The notes below the pieces were generated by a model. That model ran no database searches. It was not told where the DNA came from and was given only the letters and a program-made list of their open reading frames with translations. A stretch of 64,000 nucleotides of DNA from Trichosphaerium sp. ATCC 40318 (Eukaryota > Protista > Tubulinea). The translations under genes were made by a program, and so were the position numbers. Location: NCBI GenBank assembly GCA_038496445.1, contig JALMLS010000536.1, positions 1 through 64,000 on the forward strand, in the 5' to 3' direction. Shown piece after piece: positions 25,563 to 37,697 of the stretch (within the stretch, counting starts at the first letter, position 1; each line of letters starts with the position of its first letter).

Positions 25563-28257
25563 ATGATTCTCAAACCATGCCATTATGCTGTCCAAAACGC
25601 ATGTATTACATGTAAGAAAACTACCAAGCGGTATTTCACGCAAGATACAGATAAAAACAATAATATTGGTACAAAACTGTCTATCGCGGTTACTGTACAC
25701 TTATACGATTCTCCAGGCAATAAAAACGAAGAAAATAAGGTCTGGAGAAACATAGAAAATAGACGCTCCTTTTTTTCGAATACTCTTGCTTCAAACTTGT
25801 GTATACACGTCCTTGATGACTGGCATAACGTAACACTAACAGATATCATACGTGCAGGCGCTGGTCCAATTATAAACAAGTACGCAATGTCTACAAAAAG
25901 TGACATCATTTTGACACTTTGTGGAATGAAATTTTTTCGGTTTTTTGTTCCTTGTTGTTCATTGTCGCCCAAGGTACACCAATCCTACTTTGATGAAGGT
26001 ACTATCTTCTATCTTTCCTACACATAATTGGAACGCAGCAAATTTCAAGTACGTAAAGACCGTTCAATAAGCACAAACTCGCTGACAAGCAAAAGACGTG
26101 TTCCAAAATGTCACTGGCAGGATATTGAAAACAGACGTGCTTGGTTTGAAAAAATGGCATCAAAGAACCGTATAATGGTGTTTAATGATTGGTATAACTT
26201 TTATGGCGCTTCTGATAGATCTATAAGGGATTCAAGAGGGATAATGACAACGTAATGAGTCAACAAACAAAAAAAAAATACTAATTATCTTTTTCTTTAA
26301 AGGTTTTATAACAACTCTATCTCTGCTGCATTGTTAGAAATATACCCAAAAGTAAAATGGATGCCATGGCGTTTCTTGTAAGTCATAATTTACGAAAATA
26401 ATGCTACCAGTGCGTTGTGACTTAACTGTTATTTTTTTTTTTAGAGTTGTCCAAAATGCTTTTTGGGATAGTATTGAAAATCAACGTGATTGCTTAGAAT
26501 ATGTTTCTGAGCAATTTAATATAAAAGTATACACTGATTGGTATAAGATTAATTCCGATCAAATAAAGAACAGTGATGCTGCTACAATACTCCTAAGGTA
26601 TCAAAAACAAGTTTTTTTTTTTTGGCACTTCTTTGTTTTGAAGATTTTCATTCATTATTGTGTTGTGAGGTTAATTTTAGTCATAGGTATAATAGTTCTA
26701 TTTCAGCAACTATACCGAAAGTTTTTCCTTATTATAATTGGGATATTACTCGATTTGTGTACGAGATGACGGAATACAAAAATATCTTTCCGTCTTTTTT
26801 TTCTTGTTTTTTTAACATATTTGTACGAAGCAGATTGCAACTATATTTTTACGTTGTGACCCGTTGACTTATTCATCCTTGTTGTACTCACCAATGAGCA
26901 AGTATACCTTACATATTCTATTAATAGGAGTGCTCCAAAGCGGTATTTAAACCTTGAGCATAACCGAAAAAGTAAACTAGAGAGCATGGGCATGTCTCTA
27001 GGTGTAAAGATTATGAGTGACTGGTATAAATATAATTATACAGATATAATAATACACGGTGGAGAAGGAATGATAAGAAAGTACGTTGTTATTAAACCAC
27101 ACAATCAGCAATAACATCCCTTGCATAAACTAAACCTTCACATTGCACAGGCATTATAGTGGCTCATTAGCATACACTGTCATATCATTATATCCGAACT
27201 ACGACTGGGAAATTTGGAAGTGGCAGTACGTTTATTGTCTTTACTTGTTAAAGCGCTCTTATTGATACAACATCAGGACAGTACCAAGAGGGTATTGGCA
27301 AAATCCAAGTAATCTCAAAGCATTTTTAAAGAGTGCGTCAACATTTTTTGTGGATTTTTTGTTGTCTTGTCTTACTGTCTGACATGGTCTTTACAGGTGT
27401 TGTCAAGAAGCTTCATATCAATAAGCCTTCGGATTGGTATCGTGTTTCTAGATCACAAATAACAGATTTGGGTGGCGGTGGTATTGTAAAAGAACTTTAT
27501 CCAAAAATATTAGCAGAATTATATCCTGATGTTACATGGGACTTTACAAAATTCGGACGAACAGATAAACGTTCTGTACAAAGGTACGTTACAGAATACT
27601 TTATTTAGATTAATTTGATTCTAATTAACATATCAGAATGCTTCACAGCATTATTACAGCTGAGTTCCCAGACGATGAAGTTGCGGAAGAATGTAGTATT
27701 AATAGCTTAACGCCAAACAAAACAATCATCGTTGACATTTATGTACGGATAACACTTTCTTTTACTTATTTATCAATCTTACTTTACTAGATACCTAAGC
27801 ACAAGCTCGTCATTGAGTATCATGGTATGTAAACACTAACAGAGCGCCTACAACAGTCATCAAAATCAGCAACTCTTCACTTTTAATTTCTTGCTTAGGT
27901 ATGCAGCACTACCATGATCTACATAATTTTGGTCCTTCGAGTGTTCAAAGAATGCGTGATAAGGAAAGGAAACGTAATTTTCAACTTGTTGGTAAGTAGT
28001 TTTTGACCAAAACAAGAAAAGCAATAATTTTGTATGAGTTTTTCCATTTGCATGTGTAGGATCTCAAAAGATTCTGATTTTTTTTGCTTAGGTATCACGC
28101 ATATTGATATACCTTATTGGTGGAAAGGAGACAGAGATTCAGTTGTTGCTACTATAGCTCACTCAAGGTAAACAAAAAAACATAGACTTGGTTGTTAAAT
28201 TCATTTGTTAGGCCTGACCTTGGACTAAAGTTTGATCCAAGTGTTAAGCCGTTGTAA
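25563..28257 (+). CDS. Helical-repeat protein (WxxxENRR..DWY repeats) with C-terminal PD-(D/E)XK/RAP/Vsr-like domain
   Basis: Repeats VWRNIENRRSFF..DDWHNVT, HWQDIENRRAWFE..NDWYNF, FWDSIENQRDCLE..TDWYKI, SDWYRVS. C-terminus IIVDIYIPKHKLVIEYHGMQHY..RDKERK..GITHIDIPYWW. Confidence 0.8.
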
Positions 28258-28718
28258 AATAAAACATCATTGTAACTAAGAGCTAGAATGCTAATATTCC
28301 ATTGAATGTTTCAAAGTACTTAGTTCATGAGGTCACGTGCTCAATGACAATATATTCCGTGCGTTCCACAGAACGTATAGTGTTGAAAATGTGATGCACC
28401 TTTTCAACAAAGAAACTACTGTAGTACGTTTCATGAAATTGACAAGACTCACGTTTGACTTATCATTTCCACAAGCTGGGGTGTATTTATACAGTTTTCC
28501 ACCTCATAGCTCGTTACATATAGTACACTTAAATGCGCATTGTTTGTTAATCATTGTATTTATCTAGTTGACGACACTAATCAGGAGATCTTCTTGTTTG
28601 TTATTCTTTGAAGAATATGTAAATTGGTTTTTTATTTTTTTTTGAATTATGTACTAGAGGTTGTTTCGTTGTCTTGTCTTTTTTTCTCGTTTTCTGGGGT
28701 TTTTTTTTGTTTTAAAGC

Positions 28719-31188
28719 TCAGTTGTATGACTATCAATAGGATACTTATCAGGATACTTTTTCAAGTGTCTTTGAAGATCAGCTTGTTGTTGTGCCAAAT
28801 GTGGTGGAATATCATGATAAACATCGGTGAATAGTCCATCAATATGTGGTTTAGGACGTAACTCAGCATTTTTAATTGATGCCAAAACTTGTTTTAATGA
28901 ATCCTTCTTTAAAGCCTAAAAAAAAAAGAAAAAAATCAGAATCTTCCTCATCAGCAAGAGCTCAATATTTTTTTAATTTTAAACCTTTAGTGTGTTTAAA
29001 CACCGTAAATTTTACGAATATTAAAAGCCAAAATCAAAAAATCAAAGTGAGCCGTGATCAAGGCGTCACAATTTAGGAAATAAAAAAAAGCAAGAAAAAA
29101 AGAAGAAAATTGTTGCAGCTGTCAATCTTTTCTTACCGTTTCTTTATCAGCATCCCATATGTTCTTACGTTCAAGGTATTCTCTTAAACGTATGATTGGA
29201 TTTACAGAAGTATTTGTCCAGTGTGCAACCTCTTCTCCTTCTCTGTATCTGGTAGAGTCATCTGATGTTGAGTGATCTCCAATACGGTATGTCATTGCCT
29301 CTAACATGACAGGTATTTGTTTTGTTACTGCTATTTCACGAGCTTTCTACACACGAAACGTCAGTAATCACAGTAGAAAATAGTACAGCAATTTTTCTTC
29401 GAAGAAAACCAAATGAAAAGAAAAAAATGTGTTGGTACAAGTCAGTACCTTTGTGGCGTTGTAAACAGCGAAAAAATCATTTCCATCCACCCTGATAGTA
29501 TGCATACCATATGCAATACCACGTCCGGCAATACCATCTCCTTTAAACAAAGTAAGAATCCAATCTCGAGAAGAGAAAAACAACGCAAAAGAAAACAAGA
29601 AATCAAACAACAAACTTCATTTGCTTCTTTGGTCTTTTCTTGTGGCTCGCTTATGTACCTCTGTACTGCTCTATAGATGGTGTAGAAATAGCATATCCAT
29701 TATTACGGCAAAAAAATATTGTAGGAGCTTGAAGGGTAGCTGCAAAATTCATTGCAGGATGAAAATCACCCTCAGAAGCTGCACCTTCACCAAAGTATAC
29801 AATTGTGCAATTCTTCTCGCCTCTCATCTTTTGTGCATATGCTGAACCGACAGCCTAACATTTTATTATTATCTTATACTTATTACGCTAAAAGTGATCA
29901 CTTTGTAAAGGAGTTATGCGAAAAAGTAAAGCAGAAAATAATGAAAAACTATTTTCAATGAAAATGAAGTCGCCAAGTTCATTTTTCGAAAAAATCTCGA
30001 AAGGCAGAGTTGTTTACCTGTGGTAGTTGTGTACCAAGTGGACTTGATATTGTTTGGATATTTAGAGCTTTAGATCCGTAGTGTACAGGCATTTGTCTTC
30101 CCTGTACAAAATCGTTAAATCAAGATACAATTTAAATGACATTTGAAAATTTGAATAAAAAATAATTATCTACTATCGCTACCTTTCCCTTATCAGCGGC
30201 ATTTGAAAAGCACTGATTACAAAAATCATCTAAGGAGAATCCTCTGTACATAAACACGCCCTGTTCTCTAATAAAACAATAAGCAGGCGCTCACAAACGC
30301 TCATAAACGCTTACAAAACCAAACAAAGTCAAAAACAAAAAAACAACTTCGTTGTTTTTAATTACAGCAAAAGAACGAACCTGTACTGTGCAAAAATAGT
30401 ATCAGCAGGTTCCAGAGCGACAGCGGATCTAATTAAAAAGAACATTAGCTCCAATAAAGTCAAACCGACAGCAAATTGCAAGAAAAAAGACGTTACTTAC
30501 CCAAAATGAGTTGCTTCTTCTCCTTTGCTAGGCATGTAAAAGCTAATACGTCCTTGACGTTGTACTTCATGTAGTTTTGTATCCATTGTATTCAATAGAA
30601 CCATTTGACGGTATATCTTTAGTACAAACTCATCGCTGAACTATAGACAGACGCCGAGTTTAGAAAAATGTCTCAAAATGCGGCCAAACAAAAAAGTGAA
30701 AAAGTTTTCGAAAAATCGGGTGAAAATACGTTAGTTTCGTTATGTGTACCTCCGGGAACTCTTCTTTGTTATTAATTTTACCATCTGGGGTTAAAAGAGA
30801 GTATGTTGGAATAGCATCCGCCCAAACACCTTCTCCTGGTATTTGAACAGCGGCTTTGAGCTTGTTTACTACTTTTGAGCGCTCTTCAAACCTAGCACCG
30901 AATTGCTCCGTTGAACTATGGCGTATTGATGCACGGGGTGCACTAGGAGTACGTCAAACGCGAGGTACACATATATTGGTAAAATAATACAAAAGTTAAT
31001 TTCTTCACGAACGTTGTCAAGTCTGTGCGTCGTGATTGCCTACTACCATGACGAGTAAGGTTCTAGGGGACTATAAGCAAAAGTAGGGTGACCTTGGTTT
31101 AAAAATTAGCGCAAACACGCCCAAAACGCACGCGCTTGTTTGTTTGACAGCGTAAATAACCTCCAGTTCTCAATGTACGTGACAGCAT
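28719..31188 (-). CDS. BCKDHA: Branched-chain 2-oxoacid dehydrogenase E1 alpha subunit, mitochondrial
   Basis: [86 protein letters not shown]; R-rich transit peptide MLSRTLRTG. Confidence 0.95.
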
Positions 31189-31351
31189 ACCCAATTACGT
31201 TATGGTAAATATTACAGCACTGTGGAAACACTAGTTACAACCTCCAATGGGTTAAACAACAACTAGACAAAGTTGTACAAGTCAAGAAATGTACGCAAAA
31301 CGCGGAAACTAGTTTTAACGTTAATTCAAAGCTCTGCCTCGCGGAATTAGT

Positions 31352-31774
31352 ATGCTGCCCAAGTACTGGATAAACACCGTAGCAAAAGACCATGTGATGG
31401 CGGGCAAACTGAGCGGCTTTGTACAGGCAGGACATGGTAAAAAAGCGCCATTAGACAGGCTTTCAGGCGGGGACGTAATGATTTTTTACTCTCCTAAGAC
31501 GTCACTTACAAATGGAAAGACTGTTCAATCATTCACGGCAGTCGCCACTATAATAGAAGAACCATCATATCGAGTAACCATTAGTGACACTTTCAAACCG
31601 TTTAGAAGAAATGCAAGCTATAAAGAGCATTGTAAAGAGGTCTCAGTGCGGCCGTTAATAGATGAGTTAGACTGCATAACTAATAAAAAGTTCTGGGGAC
31701 TTGCTTTCAGACGAGGATTGTTCGAGATAAACAAACACGATTTTGACTTGGTGCATGGATTAATGTGCAAATGA
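31352..31774 (+). CDS. EVE-domain (PUA-like, UPF0310-type) protein, intronless
   Basis: KYWINTVAKDHV..GFVQAGHGKKAPLDRLSGGDVMIFYSPK..FKPFRR..WGLAFRRGLFEINKHDFDL, the pattern of bacterial EVE proteins. Confidence 0.9.
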   Translation: MLPKYWINTVAKDHVMAGKLSGFVQAGHGKKAPLDRLSGGDVMIFYSPKTSLTNGKTVQSFTAVATIIEEPSYRVTISDTFKPFRRNASYKEHCKEVSVRPLIDELDCITNKKFWGLAFRRGLFEINKHDFDLVHGLMCK

Positions 31775-32052
31775 TTACAATGAAGATACAGTAGTACTTT
31801 GAATCAACGATCATACATTGTAGTTGTGACACTTAGGCATCTAAAGTTGTTGCGTTTTTTTTTTTGAGATTTCGCTAAGTTACACAGCAGTGTTCGCTTG
31901 TTAACCTATATTTTGAGCGTGAGGACGTACCCTGTTTTAAACGATATCGTGGCGTTGTTCAACAATACTTGGACAGTGAGTGGTAAGTTGCCATGTGCAC
32001 AGAAATCCCACGGAAAATCCGCTTGTTTTACAAAATTTGTAACGGATGTCAA

Positions 32053-33049
32053 ATGTCTCTTCAACGCAGCAACGAGTCGTATTATTATAAAGAGGGCAAC
32101 GACGTTGCGTTTAAAGTTGAAGATGTTATATTTTATGGGAAGAAGGCTCAATTAGCAAAATTCTCAACGTTTTTTGACTCTATGTTCAACGGAGAGTATA
32201 ATTTCAAAGAGTACTCTAATACGGCTGACGAACCCATAATTCTGCCAAATGTCACCGCTGCAAGCTTCAAGGCACGTCAGACGCACCTAAGCGCTCCTAA
32301 TAGAATCTACGTAGTTTTTTATGGACTACACTCAAACGCGAAAGTTCTCGCTGCCATCAATCGAATTTGGGTTTGAACTTACCTCAATGACGCAATATTT
32401 CGGTATGGAGCGTTTTGAGGTCGCTATTCAGCAAAAAATGGCCACTAAGCTGACATCGGCGAATGTTGCACAAGGCACGCACAACAGCGTTTCTGAGACG
32501 CACACATATACACACTGACCTTTCATAGCGTGGAACAGTGCTTCTGCACTTGGTTGCGAGTACTTGGGCATCTTGTGCTACAACTACCTCTGTAGTAATT
32601 TCTCTAGTGTTTGTGAATCACGCAACTTTGTAAGGCTTGATCGTGGGCTATTATCGACAGCTTTGAAATCTGGTGCGCTTTTTACGTCATTGTCAACGCA
32701 ACTCTGACTTCATTACCCGAAGGAGATATAGAGTGCACACCTGTCGCAGTTCTAGGTACGGTTATTTCTGAAGTATCCAAGTTTTTTTTTGTAAGTTTTT
32801 ATTCGTTTTAGACGCTGTAAAAGCTTGGGGTACCTTTAATATGGTCGCTATTGATAGAATAGTGGTATATAACAACACATTTGGTAGTTTTTACTAATCA
32901 GGAGCTTTGTGCAGTTTTCCGAAGCGAGATTAAAGTCTTACATAGCGGATTTGCTTCCACCCAATACAATGTTTTGTATAGAACATAAACAGCTACTTCT
33001 TGGGATAAATCGTGCGTCAGTTACGTATTTTTTATCTGACTTGACATAA
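32053..33049 (+). CDS. BTB/POZ + BACK-like protein (Cullin3 adaptor-like)
   Basis: DVAFKVEDVIFYGKKAQLAKFSTFFDSMFNG..IILPNVTAASFKFFMDY (BTB); LTSANVAQAWNSASALGCEYLGILCYNYLCSNF..FVRLD (BACK-like). Confidence 0.8.
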
Positions 33050-33599
33050 TAGCTATGAGAGGCGCAGCAGCGTTTGGTTGAGAGCTGGAAATCTTCTACC
33101 GTTGGGCCCTAAGGTTCAAAAACAGAAATTATATCCGAAAATACTGTTTTTTGGCGCATACGCCAAACGTTTGTGTCAGCAACCCATGTACATTAAACCG
33201 GCGATTACAGACGGATAAAAGAGGATTGGAGAAAGAACAACATTCCAATAAAGGCAATATTCGAATATTTTATCTGATAGCGATTTTTTTTACTATCCAG
33301 TCATCATTATACCTAAATACTAGTTCCAATGCCTGCACGTATATATAGTGAATATATTTTTTTGGTTTAATTTTAATTTATGCACATAACAAGTTCGGGG
33401 GTCTGCAAAAAAGTTTCACTTTTTCTTTTTTTTTTGATGTAACGACAGAAAAAACGAAAAAAGGCTACATTCTTTATTTACATTCTATTCATATTAGTTT
33501 GGTATACAACTAACTGTGTAGTGAAATTCTGCTATTCCAAAATATTTAAAACAATTCTAATGTACAAATATGGAGATGACACGCTCATCTACTCTTCTT

Positions 33600-35005
33600 C
33601 TGGTTTTTTTCCATGAGAGATCATTTCCCTCGACGGAAACCATGTCCTTATCTTAGTATGGCAGTTCGCAACGCTTAGCGCTAAAATATTTGTTCCGTAT
33701 GTGTTGCTCTTTTGAAACATGGCACAAGAATTCGACTTTCATCTGTCGTAACTTATTTTCATGTCTGTATAGAGTACGTATGTTTCTTCTTTTCATAACA
33801 CAAGAACCCGATTTTATATTTGTTCCCCTACTGAATTCCCTTTCCTTTTTTCTAACAAACTAACGTTAGTAACACTATTAAACGAGATGTTGTAACAAAA
33901 GCCCAATTAGGGCAAAAAATTCTCCTCAATGTGTATTTGTCGAAATTTAACCCGAGTTTTTTTGGTTTTTTGGGCACGGGTATAGGTTTGTTGTGAACGT
34001 ACATGTACGATGTAAATGAGATTTTCCTTTTAGGCAAGAGCTGAGCTCTACTGACTTCAGAGTCAGACTTTACCTTAGCTATGCCAGGTTTATCATGGTT
34101 ATGAGTGTTAGAGTATGTAATAGTTCTGCAATTGCAATATAAGTTTTTTAAACGTTTAAACTGTACTGTACTTGTTAGTTTCGTCTTCAGCCTGTTGTAC
34201 ATGCTTCTTAGCGGGGCAGTTCGGGTGCGAGCACTTGTAATAGAACCTGTAGAACTTTGCGCCTTTTATCATCCTTCTTCCAATCTGATGCCACCGGAAA
34301 CCGTCTTCAGTCGTAGGTGCATGCGCAGGAAGTGTTTTAGTTACTTTATAGCTCCAACAAGATTGCATAGCTGTTGCGAATGTCTCACGTGAGTTTCGAG
34401 ACTTACTTTATGTGGAAAAAAACTTTAAGTAAGGTACAAGGTGTGAATATACTATAATTGTTTATTTATAGGCTATACACGAGTCTACTGTTACAATAAT
34501 GATTACGTTGTCTAATAGACATAGAGGGAATTCGTCTGCAAGAGTTTCAGCACTCTGGAGCCAACTTAACTCGGAGTCCGCGAGGTAATCTTTACGAGAT
34601 GTTAGTCTGCAAATATGCGTAATGTAATGAGTACCTCGCTGGCCGGGTTGGATTTTAAATGCGTGTGGTTGGGTACTAGGCTAATGCTTTTCTCCTCTCG
34701 CCAAAGAAGCGCAAGTACACGCTAGGCAACGACTACGCATACGTTACGCGGTACAATGCTTGTGTGCCATCTAGGATGCTTCTTTAGAAATAGAACAAAG
34801 AAGGGAGGAAATAAAAGAAGAAATCTTCAGTTTTAAAGTTCAGACATCGGAGGTTGACAACATTGGGACGCCGCGCAGTCACCATTTTCACAAACGCGCC
34901 CCTGGAGCACAGCTGAACATTTACAGAGTAAAGACAGAGCGCAGCCAAGGGTTTAATGCGAATGTGCGCCGGTACCCTGGGACGAAGCTCAGTCCATCGA
35001 CCATT
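33600..35005 (-). CDS. WRKY-like C2H2 DNA-binding domain protein (gene ends approximate)
   Basis: EDGFRWHQIGRRMIKGAKFYRFYYKCSHPNCPAKKHVQQ, then an intron, then TITYSNTHNH; WRKY fold with Cx4C..HxH ligands at 34095-34309. Confidence 0.8.
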
Positions 35006-35276
35006 ATTTCATCATTACAAAGAGCGTGCGAAAGAGGTTTGTGGGTTTGTTGAGAAAACGTACGTAATAAAGCTGTTTTTTGCTTAGAATTAGAGGTTCA
35101 GTCACCGTAGTGGTTTTTGTACTCTACATATTTGAAGTGTCATAATTTACGAGCGCTTCCGTTGTATTGGTGATGTTAGATGATATTTTTTGAAATGAGA
35201 AAAACTACGAAACGATTTTGAGTGTCAAAGCTGGCGTAGTTTTTGGTCAGGAGCCAGACAAATGTTATAATGCGCT

Positions 35277-36553
35277 ATGGCACTCAGTAGTGTATTTAAA
35301 TCTGTATATCGCAGTAGTTTAAGAGCTGGTGCAAAGCTTGACAGCGAATGGAAACGCGGTGGAGAATATTTACGGTCTGATATAGAAAAAGAACTGATTA
35401 TACGCGTAAGCTAGTACTCACGTTAATATTTAACAAAATTAAAGGGCGCTGATATTGAAGATCAACGAAAAGAGCTACCACAGGTTCTTGACCTTAATAC
35501 AGTGCGATTAACTTCACCACGATGGGTGTAACGGTTTCAGTTTAGAAAGTTCTACAGAATCAAGTTAGACCCACAGGATGGGCTACAAAAATCGCTGGAC
35601 CTACTGAAATGCTTACAGCGGCGTGCTAAAGTGCTACAGAAACTGGTAAGCTTTTTTATTTAATTAATAAGCGACAACCGTTCTTTACTGTCTATACAGG
35701 CGTATGAGCCTATGTCTATCACTAAAACGAGGGGCATTGAAGTGTCAATAACTGCCGTAAGCCAACTGCACCCATACGGCCAAGTAAACTACGTATACGA
35801 CGTAACCATTAAAAATATGAACGTGAATACAACAGTACAGCTTTTAACCAGGCGATGGGAAATAAATGATGTTGCTGGTAAAACAATGGTTGTAGAAGGA
35901 GAAGGCGTTAGTACGTATCATCATCAAACCTTTCTTATTTAAACTCAAAACCGCTAAGCAAAATATTCAAAAAACCAAAAAAAACTTTTCTCTTTTTTTT
36001 TTTGTTGTTGGTGGGGCAGTCATGGCTGTCTGCACTTTTCACGCTATTATAATCAATAAGTAATTACCTTCAACTTTGGTGACAGAACTATAAGATTCCT
36101 TGCAACGGTTTATTACCGCGTCATCTTTTTTTGGAGTGCTACTGTTGAGTGTTTTCTGAATTCGAGTCAAACTCAACGTGATCTTTTGCAAGAATAAAGC
36201 TTTTCCTTTAAATTTTTTTTAATTTGTTGTTGGGCAGTTGATTTTTTTAATACATTCAGTGTTGTTTTATCACGTGATATTTGTGCTAACACATGTTTTT
36301 TTTAGTTGGTGAACAACCTATTATTAAACCTGGTGCTTCTCATACGTATAAAAGTTACACTCAAGTAGCAACGTATATAGGAAGTATGGGAGGTCACTTT
36401 ACAATGCAGGATATTGAAACAAAAGAAAAGTTTAACGCAAAGATTGATAATTTTGGTACGCTGACTTACTTTGTTTACATATTTTTTCAATTCTGTGTCG
36501 TGTACATTATCGTCATTCTTACTTCCATTAATATAGGTTTATTACCTGTATAA
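35277..36553 (+). CDS. ApaG/DUF525-domain protein
   Basis: [69 protein letters not shown]. Confidence 0.9.
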
Positions 36554-37033
36554 TATTCAGTTCCATGGGCTGAAATGTATAACTTCAAAATAAAAATTTG
36601 TATTTTTCATTTGGTTCTCATTCACTTTCCTCTGTCCAAACTGTAACAAAGTACTCGTCCTGGAGGAGTTTTCTTGAACATATACATTACCAACTATGTC
36701 TCTTTTGCGACATTGGTTTATAGTGCCCTTTGTCAAGTAGATACTTGCAATTGGTCTGTACTATCAACCAGACTTACCGGGGAAGTAAAGCACTAAAAAT
36801 GTTCACTTTTTTCAAGAATGTTAACGTGCTTTTAAGTTGTTCAAGTATAGTACCTGTGCATCTTTGCCATGATACAAGAGCTTTTCTGAATTCGCGATAC
36901 GAAGGTTGTTTGGTGTTATGTATTATGGGTAAGCGTCTAGCGACTTTGCGTATTAAGTTTTCCTGGACAACATAAAAAGGTCAAAAATAGTCTGTTTCAG
37001 ATAACTCTAAAGAAAACAAAATATCCTGTATCA

Positions 37034-37532
37034 ATGTCAGTTCCATCAGACGATGCTAAAACTCTTTTGTCGTTACCAAATGAGATATTAATGATGATTT
37101 ACGAACATAGAACCGTTTACGTATTGTGGCCATTAATATGTAAACGTACAGCCATAAATAGTCGCTATGACACTAAATTACGCAAACACGGCAAGTTTGA
37201 GGGCTTTGCTTTGTCTGAAACAACTAAACTTCTGTACAAATGCAAACAAGCCTTCTATGAGCATGGAAAACGCACGGGGGAGTATTTACAGTACTACGAC
37301 AACGGATACATAAGCAAGGCGCCAAAATTTCGTTAACGGAGTTGAAAATGGTATTCGCACCAATTACTACAGGGCCACAGGTACTAGAGAATCAACTTAC
37401 CAAGTTAAAGCTGGTGAGGTTGACTTGTGTTCCCATAAACGGCTAGAAAAAGACCCTGAAACTGTTTTTTCGATGGGACACATTCCTGATGATGTAATTG
37501 CGAACAATCCTTGGATTAGTCATTATTTATAA
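37034..37532 (+). pseudogene. F-box + MORN-variant repeat gene with one frameshift at about 37316
   Basis: LLSLPNEILMMI (F-box); FYEHGKRTGEYLQYYDNG; continues in another frame as RRQNFVNGVENGIRTNYY..NNPWISHYL*. Confidence 0.7.
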
Positions 37533-37697
37533 ATAAAATAAATGAAGGAATATAACCGATTTGTAAGGGTGCAGTTGCAGCAAAGTCAACACTCAACCTT
37601 GATTGAAACGGCCCAGCTTAATTTGAATGAACCGCACAATATTTGCAATTATATTAAGTGATTTTTTTATTTATAATCATTGTGTTTTTTTTTCTTT

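Noticed and set aside
30288-30318. Short tandem repeat CGCTCACAAA-like x3
   Set aside because: Three degenerate 10-bp units inside a BCKDHA intron; no spacers, so not CRISPR-like.
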